From assembly GCF_000143415.4 (NCBI RefSeq), contig NW_003314271.1, forward strand, positions 806,001 through 870,000: 64,000 nucleotides of DNA. The letters are read 5' to 3'. The position numbers and the translations under genes are program-made. Position 1 is the first letter of the stretch; each line of letters opens with the position of its first letter. The notes beneath the pieces were generated by a model that saw only the letters and a program-made list of their open reading frames with translations, did not search any database and had not been told where the DNA came from. This stretch comes from Selaginella moellendorffii. Its lineage: Eukaryota; Plantae; Lycopodiophyta. Of the stretch, positions 33,633 through 46,636 are shown in pieces.

Positions 33633-36600
33633 TCAATTCACTAAAGCTCCCATTAACCTCCCTGTGCCATTTGTAGGCTGTTCCTGTAGCATTCATTTGT
33701 TTGTAGGGAGTTTAAAAATCAATTCAAACCTGTAAGGAAGAATCCAAAGCTTGTAGTGTAAATGGCTCCCCCTCGAAAGTTGCTCCTTTCTCCTTGAGAG
33801 TCTTCTCCATGAACTGAGACCAGTCAAAATTTTAAATCCGAAAGAGCTCACAACCCAATCAAACCTCCTGCGTGATGTTTTCATGCACAACTAGCTGCTC
33901 AACCAAAGCTTCAAGCACTTGTTTGTTTCGTGCCAGAATCTGGCTGGCTCGGTCACAAGCAACAGTGAGAAGCTGCCACCAAAACAAGAGTAAGAAAACA
34001 CAAGACTGGTCCATTGTAATGATCAATTACCTTCGTGACCTTTCTCTCTATCACCGTCATCTCCTGCAAGCCCATATCCATTGGGCCCTCCTGTTCATCA
34101 AACAAAGATAAGAAAGCTTCAAGATTTTCATTCTAGTGCTCACCCCTTTGCTACGGTACACCATCGGACTGTCATCCAAAGCCCATCCATACTCCATGAC
34201 CATATCTGCCGCAATCTACACCAAACAGTTCCCCTAGCAAATGAGTAAGAAAAAAGTTTAGTAGCTCAACCTGCTTGGCCTCTTCAAGCTGTGGTTCTGC
34301 AAGGTTGTTCCTGTCCAGGACCGGCATTAGCATGCAGCATGCTACGTGAGAGGCATAGCATAAAACTAGTTTTTTCTCAAGGTAGTTTCTGGTCTGCGTG
34401 TGCGTTTCCAGATATCCTTCTTCAACTCTCCTTGTTAGCCTCGTCCATGCAATCCCCTGACATGGAAGAACTTGGAAATAAAAATGATTTCCTTGAAACA
34501 TACAACTTGTACCTCCCACGATGTTTCGTCTAGCCATATGTATTCGACAATATCAAAGTTGGGAAGCAAACGCGCAAGCAAGCCTCGAGCAGCAGCCCAT
34601 ACCGCGTGAGGATACTTCGTTTCTCTCGTCCACTGCCGCAAGAAGTTACAGCCAGGACAAGAAAAACACATTGGGAAAAACACGTACTTACCGGATAAAG
34701 AGGATCATGGAACTCGATTCCTGGCTTTGATCTGCCTCGCACGTCCATATACCGAACAGTCATTTCGAAATCCTCCTTGGTAACACGGAGGCCGAGCCAA
34801 TCAATCACGCTCTGATCCCATTTCTTGAGGAGAGGTGTCTTCCTAATCCATTCTGGTACGATTTTGTTATATTTCTGCAAAACAAACCAAAAAAAAAAAC
34901 ATAAGTTGGTGCACTGTAGAAAAGCAGTATACGTTACATCTAATATGCACAGATAACTAAAAAGCTCTTCCTCGTCTTTGGTTTTCCAGTGAGTAGCGCA
35001 TTGTTGCAAATTAACGGGAATAGGCTCAAGGTCAACATAAGTAAGGCCTTCTGTCTTCTCTGCTACCTGGACGAGAAAAGATTCTAACCAGTTAAGTGAA
35101 ATTTATACACGCGAGAACTAACCTCTGCCCAATTTACCCAGTCAACCACATGGGGAAACATGGTGTTCCGAGCAATCAGACGAAGCATTTGCTCACGCTG
35201 AGTTCTGTTGGGCGGAAGCAATTTAATTGTCCTATCCATTCGTCCCGGTCTACGCAGAGCTTCATCTATCCTCTCAGGATGGCTAGTTGTAGCAAGTACA
35301 ACCACGCCTTCCTGTGTTTCAAACCTGAAAAAATGGTCAGTAAGTTAGAACAGGGAAAATTTACATCAAACAAAGAAGCCATACCCATCAAGCTCCACGA
35401 GCATTTGATTTATCAGAGTCTCTAGCTCCTGTGTGTCTAAATGCATGGTCTCTCCTCGCTTGCCAACGAAGTCGTCAAAGTCGTCCATGAAGAGGATAAT
35501 AGGTGCCTGCACAAAGGCAATTAATCAAGCGGGACAGCAGCCTAAAGTAAAGACTTACGAACTGTCGGGCCGTCTTAAAAAGCTCACGAACATTTGCAGC
35601 CTTTTGCCCAACCCATTCCCCTCCGCCTTGTAAATCAAAACTTTGCAGCTCAACGACTGGAACTCGCGCTTCGGATGCGATGGCTCGAGCCAGTGTCGTC
35701 TTTCCGGTTCCTGTTTCTCCTACAATGATAACGCCCTGCAGAACATAAATAAAGCTCAAGCGGCCGACAGAAAAACAATTACGACAAAGTTATTACCCGC
35801 GGAGCCCGTGCACCTAATTTTTTGAAAGCTCCCGGATCTCTCAGGAAGCTGACGACTTCATCTACCTCTTCTCTAAAAGTCTCAATACCAACAAAATCGT
35901 TTAGCGAGACTGGTGGCTTTCGTATTCTCTGTAAATAAAAAGTAATCAATTTACCGACCAAAAATCCACATATGAGCCTTACCTTCATCTTATCAAACAC
36001 TCTCTTGATAGGATTTGTAGTTACTTGCTTCAGAAGAGGTGTCATCTCTTTGTAGACCTTCATATGTAGTTCCACAGCTTTGTCATACTGAGACTTAGGC
36101 AGTGGAGGAGGTCCAATAAAACGGTAAATGGCTTTTGCCACCCGTGTTACGACAAACAAGAGCGGAACACCAACCACGTAAATACGAAGTGGAAGATCCA
36201 TCCAAAACGGCAACGCGATCTGACGAGCATCAAACTTAGCCTGGGCTGCCGTCTGCCATTTCATAAGAAATGTCGGTTCAAGAAACTCTGACCCCTTTGG
36301 TAGTTCAAACCCAATCATTTCTCGCACCTGTCATAAGAAGTTTGTAAAATGAACACAAGAAAACGCGACAACACACTGACCAGGCGAGGAAGCTTAAGAA
36401 TTGCCGGGTAACCGAATCGCACCATCAGTTCTCCCAAAAGAGCGTCAAGGCTTTCAAAGTATAAGTCTCTAGCTGCTGCAACGATGCCCAAGTTCCATAC
36501 GTACAAAACAGCGTCTATCAGCATGACGAAAGGAAGCCTGATCAACTGGAAAGCGGACCACTCTCGTAAAGGTATCCACATTTTTTCCATCACTGTAGGG

Positions 36601-38475
36601 ATTTTGTTCTCCTTTAACATAGCATAAAACGCGTCGAAGGCACCAACGTCTTCCAACCTTTCGTTCAGATCCTAAACAAGATTGAAAAAGAAAATCTGAT
36701 CACCAAAACAAGGAAATTACAGTTTACTTACCTCGACATCGACAACGTACTCTTGATCGTCACCTTTGAGGCCCACAAAGATGACACGAAGGTCATGCCG
36801 GATTCTTACGTGATGGACGAGATTCTTCTCTACAGCATACATGGCCGCTGCGTCTGACATTTCCCACCGCCGAGATTTCTCATTATACCAAGTGTTCTGG
36901 AGAACTCTATCCCTCGCTAAAAGCAATTTCTCCTACAGAAGAAAATTAGAAAAAACAAAACTACTTCAAATCGAAAGTAAGATACCTGCTGCTCTTGAAT
37001 ATATTTCTTGCCAGCCTCCGGATGGTCGAGCAAGTGCTGCTTTAATTCTTCTTTTTTGATCGAGCACCACTTCCGCCATCCCAAAATTGTCTTCACGGCT
37101 TCAGGGCCCGGAACGTCTGAGACGCTTCCCCCTAGAGCAGAATAAAGTTCGATCGATCCTAGTTTTCCGTCAACAGCCGACACTGCTTTTCTTTCATCGG
37201 AACCAGCAAACTGGATATGCCGTCGAAGCAATTCATCCACCTCAGATTTCACGGTACTGTCGACTGGCACTACGCCTTTCTCCTGTTTGTCTAAAGCCAG
37301 TGGCAAAATACTTTCCTCCCATATTTCTTTCCCTGACGCTCTAAGATCGTTCGCTATGCGTGACTCTAGACGTTCGGGCAGCCGGAACCTGAACAGAACG
37401 GAATTCTTTAGTGTCTCGCTCACTCCAACAGGCACTCTTACTTGGCAGCCTCCTCGAGCTCCGCCGCAAAAATGGCAGTAAAGTTTGGTATCTCGTGCCA
37501 CGCCCTCAGCCACCCCTCGTACTCGGATCCCACAAGCTCCGCTTTCACGTTCACAATTTTAGCTCTCAGCTCCTCGGTCTTTGAAAAGAATAGCGATTCC
37601 TGAGCATCGACTTGGTCATCCGATTCCGACTTCGGAGAGAAAGCCTTCGTTGAGCCACCTAGATCGTCCTCTGCTGGTTGCGTTTCTGCAGCGTCAAACT
37701 TCTTTCTCAAACCAGGAAAGCCATCCATAGCCTCGTTGAGCTCCTTCATCAGGGACGCTTCTTCCTTCCTCAGCTTAGCCAGGTGCGAGCTCGTCTTTAG
37801 CAAAACCTCTCCTTGCAACCTTCGAGCTCCCATCGTCAACTTTCGCCGGGCTTGCACTAGAGCCCCGCGGACTCTAAATTCCACCTCGAGGCTCCGGGCT
37901 TCGGACTTCCCAGCCAGTTCCTCAATCTCTTTCAGCATGTCCTTGACACCAAGCACTTCCCTGTACATCAATTCCCTCTCTTCGATTCCCTGCCGGAACT
38001 TCTCAAACCTCTTGTCCAAGCCATAGATCTCAAACAATCTCTTCCTCATCGGTCCCATCTGCTCCATCTCTCGATGAAACCCGTCCTTCCACTCCACAAA
38101 TCTAGAATGTAAATCCGGGGCTGTGATCTTCTGCTCTTCCTCCTCTCCCACAAAAGCAGGAGCAGCAAACGCCGGGCGATGAGCTCCCAAGGCAGCCAGA
38201 GCGACAACAGCGATTCCAACCCCCAAAATCTTCGCCAAGCTCCCAAGCCAGCCAGAATCCCGTCGCTCGATGGACGGCAAATCCGCAGGAAAATTGGCTG
38301 CCCGTCGCCTGGGAGCGCTGCGAAGCCGCTCTACCGCGAGATTATGCCCTGCATTGCTCCCTGCCTTCGCTCTGACAAGAATCTTACCCCGGCGAGACGA
38401 ATGCGGGGCAGGAATCCTGCTCCGGGCGCTCGGATTCGTCGGGCACGCCAGCAAGAGCAGCGATACGGCTCCCAT
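33633..38475 (-). CDS. FtsHi5: Chloroplast FtsH-like AAA ATPase, FtsHi5-like (multi-exon)
   Basis: Transit-peptide-like N-terminus, long coiled-coil, GVIIVGETGTGKTTLA, IDEALRRPGRMDR, and PHAVWAAARG in place of the HEXXH protease motif. Confidence 0.85.
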
Positions 38476-38793
38476 CGCGCATCCCCGTCGCTCAAACCCC
38501 AGCCATGCCTGTGTAAACCCTAAACCTCAACCAAGCAGTCACTAATATCGACGGCTGTAATGCTTCCACGTGGAGGTGGGAAATCGCGGCTCAAACTCAG
38601 GCGTCCAAATATAACAAACCCCTGTTTAAACCCTAACACCGTTCACACATTTTTTTGTTCTTCTTCCTCTTCTTCTTTCTTCGCGCGAGGCGCATTCTAT
38701 CTAATAATCCTCTCACACTCTTGCGCGGCGATCGATCGCCCGCATTCTTTCGCAGCGCCAGCATCTCCATTCTTTCCAGCGCTCGGCGATCTC

Positions 38794-40713
38794 ATGGGTT
38801 CAATCGCGCTCCCGTCGCGGCGCTGGATCTTGATCGCGCTCGTGGCAGCGGCGGTGGCGCTGGCAGCGATGACGGGCGTGGATTCCGTGGGCGTGAATTG
38901 GGGCACAGTCACGTCTCACCGCCTCCCGGACAAGATGATCGTCAAGCTGCTCCAGGAAAGCCGGATTTCCAAGGTGAAGCTCTTCGACGCGGATCCCAGC
39001 GTGATCCGGGCCTTCGCAGGGACCGATTTGGAGCTCATGGTGGCGGTTCCAAACGATCTCCTCGAGGACATGGCGTTTAGCGAGAAGGCCGCGCGGAGAT
39101 TTGTGCGAAGAAACATCACTAAGTTCTTATCCCACCAAGATGGCGTCAATATCAGGTATTTACACTCTTGCTCTTCCATACCCAGCCTTCTAGGGAGTTT
39201 TTTTCTCGTTTCTTCTTCCTCTTCCACTTTGTTCCAGCCTTTGGAGTAAAGGATTTTTAAGTGAGGAGAGAAAAGTGTTGGCACTTATGGGGTGGTACCA
39301 GCTCTAGAAAAACATTTTCTCAAAGCCATTGAGTGCCCAGAATGTGCTTAAAGGCGTACGTACAGTTCCTGGATGCTCGAGTCACTTTAGAGCTTATGCT
39401 TCTGCAAAGAATCTGGAAAGCGTGAAAGTATGATAGGAACTTTTCCCCCTTTTCTTTTTGTTTCATATGATTTCTAGAGCGATCAGTCTACACGTTTTGG
39501 AGCTAAACAGTGTGATAGGAAGATAAGTTTTTCTAGTGCTAGCTCGAGATGCTTGATTTAATCCATTCGTGATTGGTTTGGATCTCACAGGTACATTGCG
39601 GTGGGAAACGAACCTTTTCTCAAAGCCTACAACGGATCATACGAGGACGTGACCATCCCGGCCATCCGAAACATGCAACAGGCGATCGAACAGGCCGGGA
39701 TCCAACACAAGGTGACGCTGGTGGTACCACTCAACGCAGACATTCTCACTAGCTCCGGCAACTCAGGCAAACCATCGCAAGGAGCCATCCGCCCCGACAT
39801 CCGGAGGCTGATGCGAACGATCCTCGAGTTCCTGGACAAGCACAAAGCTCCCTTCGTCATCAACATGTATCCCTTCCTCAGCTTGCAACAAGACTCTCAC
39901 TTCCCAAGCGACTTCGCCTTCTTCGACGGCACCGCGCACGTCCTGTCCGACGGCAGAAACATCTACTCAAACGTTTTCGACGCGAGCTACGACTTGCTCG
40001 TCTCGGCGCTGGCGAGAGAAGGTTTCCCAGACATGGAGATCGTCGTGGGAGAGGTCGGCTGGCCAACCGATGGAGATATCTATGCAAACATCCCAAACGC
40101 GCAGCGGTTCAACCAGCAGCTCATCCGGCACGTAACCAGCAACCGAGGCACACCACTCCGGCCGGGGATCCCGATCGAGATATACATCTTCGGCCTCGTC
40201 GACGAGGACCGGAAGAGCGTTCTTCCGGGCAACTTTGAGCGGCACTGGGGGCTTTACCGCTACGATGGCAAGCCGAAGTACTCGCTGGACGTGTCCGGCC
40301 GCGGTGGAAACGGTCTGAGCAGCCCGATCAACCTCATGAGCGTCTCCGGGGTGACTTACCTCCCGTCGCGCTGGTGCGTTCTCAATCCGGAAGTGGACGA
40401 TCTCTCCAAGCTTCCGGCGACGATAAGCTACGCTTGCAGCTATGCCGACTGTAGCACGCTCGCTTACGGGGGATCTTGCAACCACATTGGACGGACAGGG
40501 AATGCTTCGTATGCTTTCAACAGCTTCTACCAGATGAACAACCAGCGTACCGAGAGCTGCCACTTTGGAGGGCTGGGGATGATCACGGAGACTGATCCTT
40601 CCAGTGGGAACTGCCAGTTTCGGGTGGAGATCACGCCTTGGTCGGCTGCTAGTACTGTGTGGAGAGGTGGTGCTGCTCTCCTCGTGGTTTCCTTGTTGGT
40701 AGCTTTGTCGTAA
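38794..40713 (+). CDS. Beta-1,3-glucanase (GH17) with X8 domain and hydrophobic GPI-type tail; exons 38794-39155, 39591-40713
   Basis: Signal peptide, VGVNWG, KVKLFDA, AVGNEPFL, VGEVGWPTDG, FERHWG, WCVL..YACSYADC..NASYAFNSFYQ. Confidence 0.95.
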
Positions 40714-41460
40714 TTAAAAGGTTTAAAGGCCATATTTATAGATAGTGCTTATTAAATCATATTTATATTAACAAGTATGACATTTGTATGTGCATGGTTA
40801 GTAGTATTCCTAAGGATTAACTATTTTAATACGGGGTTATGCTCAGAGCGAGTTTATGGGTCTCTCAAGGCTTTTGCTGTTAATATTTGTCGTCTTAGCA
40901 AGCACGTCTTCGATTGTGGTAAGCTTTTCGTTCTATGGAGACTATGTAATCTTTTCCCCATAACATGTTTAGAGATGTGCAAACCAACCTTGTGGTGGCT
41001 TTCTAAGGAGCTGTATCATTATGTCTTTCAAAACTAGAGTCCTAAAAGCCATATGCATGGTTGCTGGCTCATGGAAAAATCTAACACTGCCTATAAATTC
41101 GTGTGGGGAAGGTTTAAATTGCAAGGTTGAGGAATACCAGTTGATTTGCACTGATTATTCGTCCAAACGACTCAACATGGAAGCATATATAACTCTTGCC
41201 AATGGAACACTTAACTGTTGCAAAGCTCTTTGACAAAACGATAATAACAAAAGGAAAAAAAAAACATTAGTGTTTAGAGCGAAAGCACTGCACTCTAGTG
41301 AAACTTAACTCTTCGATCGCTCTGAAATTGAAACTGAAAGCTTGCCTCATGTGAAGAACTAATCAGCCATAGAGTGGTAGCAAAAAATGTAACTAATTGT
41401 CATGATTTTTATCCATCGCGACAGTGGTGACAATGCTTTTGCCAAGGCATTCCTACAACA

Positions 41461-42127
41461 TCAATCCAAACAAGACGTCAAATTAGCAGAGCTCAAAAAC
41501 CCCAGTCTACGTACTCCGCTTTTGGCCAAGAGCAAGCTCTCCGCGGTTGGAAAGCTCTGGAGCAGCAGGAAGCAGCGAATCGCTACCAGGAGCCTTCGAA
41601 AGACTGGGGCCTTGAGACGAGTGGAGAAGAGCGAGAAGCCGTTCTCGATGGCCCAGATCGCGAGCTGTTCGTTCTTCACCTGGATCTCGTCGATGTCAAA
41701 GCGGTGTTCCATCTTATCCTGCAGGTCCTCCGCGAGGTTGGGGTCCGGATGAGACGCGCGGCTCCCAGTGGATCCCGCTTTGGCCATCTGAGCGATCATG
41801 GAGGCCGCTCGGTGATCTCTCTTGTTCTCTATCGGCTTCAAGGCCGCCATTCTGTAAACAGCATTCGTGTCTTGTCAACCATAGAACTATAACGCTGTAC
41901 ATGACATACCGTCGCCTGTGAGATCTGGATCCGAAAGTCCCTAGCCTGTGACACAAAAATTCCATCATGTCCAGTATCGGGTCGATCCTTCTAACGTTAA
42001 AGTTACGGCATACCGGTTTGCTGGTTGGCTCGGCTGATCGAGTTCGGTCAGACGACTCGCTCGTGGCGTCCCCTCGGTGTGAAGCATTACTTCCTCCCTG
42101 GAAGATCCACTGTAAAACAAATATCAT
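41461..42127 (-). CDS. Hypothetical spliced gene, product unrecognised
   Basis: Coding-like minus-strand ORF pieces separated by short intron-like gaps; no motif recognised and boundaries uncertain. Confidence 0.3.
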
Positions 42128-43433
42128 CTCTTTTCTAGAAAATTTCGAGACTGTTCGCGCATGAACGCTGAGGACTTCCTTGGCTACGAGTATCCCCGGA
42201 AGTTCTTGAGAAAGATGAACTTCAAAGTTATGGAATACCTTTCTGGTTCTGGTTCAAGCTCACGCAAAATCACTTCCTCATCGGAAGAACTGCAAACAAA
42301 AAAAATCTGGGCATTAGCTCTATTTCTTGAAACTTTCGAGACTTCTTCAAGCATGATCAAAGCTAAGGACTTCCTTCGATCTGATAACGCATTGGTAGGC
42401 GGTGAAAGGGAGGAGGAGGAGGCAAAACGACGCTCATCGCAATTAATCCTTGGTGCGCCGAGAAACCAGGAAAATCAAAAGAAAATCTTTAGAAGCTCAC
42501 ATATTACGGGCGAGATCGACCAGAGAGACAGCATCGATGCCGAACGATCACGAAAGACGGTGAAAACAAGCTCCCGACAAGAGAAATTTCACAAGCACGC
42601 GAGACGCAGCGAGAGATTGCAAGAGAGACGCCTCGCCGATCGGCCTAAACCTCAAACATGATCACGCAGACCTGGCGCCTTGATCGCTGCCCTCCGCGCT
42701 CTCGTCCTCCATTTTGCAGGACCTAGCTCGAAGGCGGGCAAAAGAATGATTTGAATGACATGGCCACGCTGTCCACAAACGTGGCAAAATCCCAGCCGTC
42801 CGATTTCTTCTATGTCCGGTCACGTGATTATGTCCTGCGGCTAAATTAACCTAGAGTATATTCTAGTATCTTTGTGACATTACGCATAACACAAAAAAAA
42901 AAGTGAGAGTGAATCTAACCTAACAGAGCATATTCTAAGCACATTCACATTTGCGATTTGCTCTGTAGGCGCATTACCTTTTAGGGCTCTTGGGGTCTTG
43001 ATCGCGCGTAGGTGGAAAGATCGCAGGGATCAATGGATCCGAAAGCGAGCAGGCCAGCGGGGTAGCGAGAAGGGCACGGGCCACACGAGCCGAGCGTTGT
43101 TCACGCATTAAATTTCAGGGCGGCACAGTAGTGAATGGGAAAGAAAGGGGCAGTCAATTGACTAGCGACAAAGGGCGATGATTCTTCCTCCCATGTTTAC
43201 TGGTCTAAAAGCGTAACTGGTGATGTTCGTGGCGCGACCGGCGCTACGAGGAGCTGTTCTTTTGATCGCCCAAACAGGGGACCCCAATTTCCCCATCAAA
43301 TTGGCTGCTCCTGGACGCCAAGATCGATTCTTTCCGTCCTGGGGTCGCTTTGATCGCGGGTTAGTGTCGTAATCTGGAAGAATTCGCAGGAATTGGCCTG
43401 GAATCGAGCAGGATTGGACGAGGAACCAGCGAA

Positions 43434-44801
43434 ATGGGGGATGACAACGAGGAGGACCGCCAATCCGTGGTATCTAGATCTAGTAGCTGTAGGAGCAGCA
43501 GCAGTAAACCTCACAAGGCCAACGATGCGGGATGGGAGGCGATCCGGTCGGTGGAAGCGCGCGACGGGAACATCAATCTCTCCCACTTCAAGCTCCTCCA
43601 GCGATTGGGCAGCGGCGACATCGGCAGCGTCTATCTATCGGAATTGCGGGGCTTTCGCTGCCTGTTTGCGATGAAGGTGATGGACAAGACCGCTCTGGCA
43701 GCCAGGAACAAGCTCCTGAGAGCTGCCACCGAGAGGTCCATCCTGGAGAAGCTCGATCATCCCTTCCTCCCAACGCTCTACGCGCACTTCGACACGGCGA
43801 ATTTTTCGTGCCTGATTATGGAGTACTGCCCGGGAGGAGATCTCCACACGCTGCGCCAGCGGCAGCTCACAAAGCGATTCGACAACGAAGCAGTGAGGTA
43901 GGATTTGTTTTTATTTCTCCTCTTTTCGGCCGTGATCGATCCAAATGTGGCCTTGATTGATCAATCTCGCAGGTTCTACGCGGCAGAGATCTTGCTCGCG
44001 CTCGAGTACCTCCACATGATGGGCGTCGTCTACCGGGATTTGAAGCCCGAGAATGTGCTCGTCCGCCACGACGGCCACATCATGCTCTCGGACTTCGACC
44101 TCTCCCTGATCTGCGATGTGAGCCCTACGGTGATCCAATCGCCACCTCCAGGAACAGCAGCCAGAAGAAGAGCCCCCTCTTTCTCCTCGTCCTCGTCTTC
44201 AACCGGCAAATTAGGGCGCCTCGGCGGGGGCGCATCGCCGTCGTGCATCCTGCCAGCGTGTGTCGCTCCCTGCACGGTGGACCGCCCGATGCCCCCAGCC
44301 GGTCAACTCAGGTCAACACGGGTCAACCCCCTCCCGGAGCTAGTCGCCGAGCCCACGGGCGCGCGCTCCATGTCGTTCGTGGGCACGCACGAGTACCTGG
44401 CGCCCGAGATAATCTCCGGCTATGGCCACGGCAGCGCGGTGGACTGGTGGACGCTGGGCATTTTCCTCTTCGAGATGTTCCACGGGAGGACGCCCTTCAA
44501 GGGGGGCGACAACGAGAGCACGCTGGTGAATGTGCTGACCAAGCCGCTCGAATTCGGGGGAGCCGCCGAGGGCGTGGAGCTCGGCGAGGACGCCAGGAGC
44601 TTGATCCGGGGCCTCCTCGCCAAGGATCCCGCCAAGCGCATTGCCTCCGCCAGGGGCGCCGTGGAGATCAAGCAGCACCCCTTCTTCGCGGGCACGAATT
44701 GGGCGCTGGTTCGCTGCGCCGCCCCGCCCGAGGTCCCCAAGGCGCTCCTCTGGCGGAAGAAGAACACGGGATCCAAGAGCGACGACGTTGAATACTTCTA
44801 G
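43434..44801 (+). CDS. AGC-VIII Ser/Thr kinase (D6PK/AGC1-like); exons 43434-43897, 43973-44801
   Basis: [35 protein letters not shown] with T-loop insertion, [16 protein letters not shown]-terminal VEYF. Confidence 0.93.
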
Positions 44802-44928
44802 CCTCTGGTCAATGGCCACAGCCTCCAGTCAACTATGTTAAATGGGCCGTTGACTATCCTGTCAACGGCCCCTGGTCAACGGCAATATGGATGTTTGAAT
44901 GTGGTGACCTAAAAACAGAGCTGTGGCA

Positions 44929-45363
44929 ATGGCGACTCTGGGTGTGGCTGGAATGTGCCTCGTCCGGGCGCGAGGTGAGAGATTTGGGGGAAATTCGGCG
45001 CTGGGTAGGGCGAGGATGCGCGGCGCGAGGCTCCAGTGCGCGGGGCCGAGGGTGTTTGAGGTGGAGATGGAGCACGAGGGGAAGATCCACACATTGAGAG
45101 TGCCCGAGGACGAGACGATCCTGTCCAAGGCGCTCGAGGAAGGGGTGGAGGTTCCGCACGATTGCAAGCTCGGGGTGTGCATGACTTGCCCCGCGAAGCT
45201 GGAGAGGGGGCGAGTGAATCAATCGGAGGGGATGCTGAGCGACGATGTGGTCGACAAGGGCTACGCTCTTCTGTGCGTCGCGTATCCGCTGGAGGATTGC
45301 CGGATCCGGACGATTCCAGAGGACGAGCTTGTTTCCTTGCAGCTGGTGACATCCTCGGATTGA
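44929..45363 (+). CDS. FdC1: Chloroplast 2Fe-2S ferredoxin, C-terminally extended FdC1 type
   Basis: PHDCKLGVCMTCPA..GYALLCVAYP..IPEDELVSLQL. Confidence 0.85.
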   Translation: MATLGVAGMCLVRARGERFGGNSALGRARMRGARLQCAGPRVFEVEMEHEGKIHTLRVPEDETILSKALEEGVEVPHDCKLGVCMTCPAKLERGRVNQSEGMLSDDVVDKGYALLCVAYPLEDCRIRTIPEDELVSLQLVTSSD

Positions 45364-45434
45364 GGGCTAGCGCTAGAAACCATCCCAATATCATAGAATC
45401 AAGAATGATAGAATAGCAAAACAACGAATATGCT

Positions 45435-46397
45435 TTAGGATGAAACGAATATGCCTCGCGCGAACGAACATAGTTTGTCCAAGAATTGTGCCACTTCCCG
45501 GGATCCTGGAGCAACATAGAAGGCGTGATCCGCGGCCTCGAGCAGCAAAAGCTCCGGATCCATCCCACATTCGCGCATCACCTCCACGAATTCCAGCGCG
45601 CGATCGCGCAGCACGTCGAGCCCGCCGGCGACGACGAGGGTGCTGGGCAGATCGAGCTCGCGCAGCTGGGCCTTCAGATCCGGCGCAAAGACGCGGCAGT
45701 AGGGATGATTCCTGCTCGCTCCAACCGGCAGTGCCAGCTCCCAGAACCGATCGCACATATCCGTGCTGAGCAGCGAAGTGGGTGACTGGAGATTGGTCTC
45801 GGAAGGAAGCCGAACAATGCCGCCAAAGAATGGCTGGATCAAGACGCGCCCTTTGATCTGGAGCTCGCCCAAATCCTCCGCCGCCGCTCGCATTGCGACA
45901 TGGTGCGCGAGATTGCCCCCAGCGCTATCGCCCATCACCAGGATCTTGGAGAGATCGGCGTGGGCAGCGATCCACGGATCCTTGCGGCCTCCCTGTTCTT
46001 GAGCGAGCCATTTGAGCGCCGCGAATCCATCGTCGTAAGCCGCCGGGAGCCGGTTCTCGGGAGCTAGGCGGTAATTGACAGAGATCACGAGAGCTCCCAG
46101 TTTCTTGGAGATGCTCTCGCAGAGGACATGGAACTCCAAGGTATTCGCGGTGAAGGACACGAATCCGCCGCCATGGAAGTAGAGCACTACTGGAAGCTTT
46201 TCGTTCTTACCTTTGGGGAGAAAGACCCTCGCCCAGATCCGGAGCTTCTCGTCGATGGTTACGTCTCTCGAGGCGATTGGATTGCCGCTAGGATCCGCTT
46301 CCACGCAGAGGGACTTGGGCATGGATTTGCGAGCAAAGGATCGATCCACGAAGAACAATCCATCGGGGAACTCCTTGGCGACTTGGAGCGACGGCAT
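45435..46397 (-). CDS. Carboxylesterase (CXE/HSL family, GID1-related fold)
   Basis: YFHGGGF, GDSAGGN, LDVLRD, DHAF; Ser-Asp-His triad intact. Confidence 0.92.
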   Translation of the reverse strand: MPSLQVAKEFPDGLFFVDRSFARKSMPKSLCVEADPSGNPIASRDVTIDEKLRIWARVFLPKGKNEKLPVVLYFHGGGFVSFTANTLEFHVLCESISKKLGALVISVNYRLAPENRLPAAYDDGFAALKWLAQEQGGRKDPWIAAHADLSKILVMGDSAGGNLAHHVAMRAAAEDLGELQIKGRVLIQPFFGGIVRLPSETNLQSPTSLLSTDMCDRFWELALPVGASRNHPYCRVFAPDLKAQLRELDLPSTLVVAGGLDVLRDRALEFVEVMRECGMDPELLLLEAADHAFYVAPGSREVAQFLDKLCSFARGIFVSS

Positions 46398-46636
46398 TGC
46401 TGGAAAATCAAGGAAGAAAGAAAACGCTTGGACACAAACCACGAGGCTGGTTTTAAGATAACAAGGTAACAAAACAATATCTCACCAAAATTTCTAGCAA
46501 ACGACCCGCGACTTGCGTATCCTGCATTGATCAACGAGACAAATCTGTCTGCACTCGATTAAAAAGTATCAAAACCTGCTTGAATGCGTCAAAGAGATAT
46601 AGAACAAACAAAGAAAAGCTTAACTTTAGCCCGATC

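Noticed and set aside
45435-46397. Gibberellin receptor GID1
   Set aside because: Catalytic His retained and no GID1 N-terminal lid; ordinary CXE.
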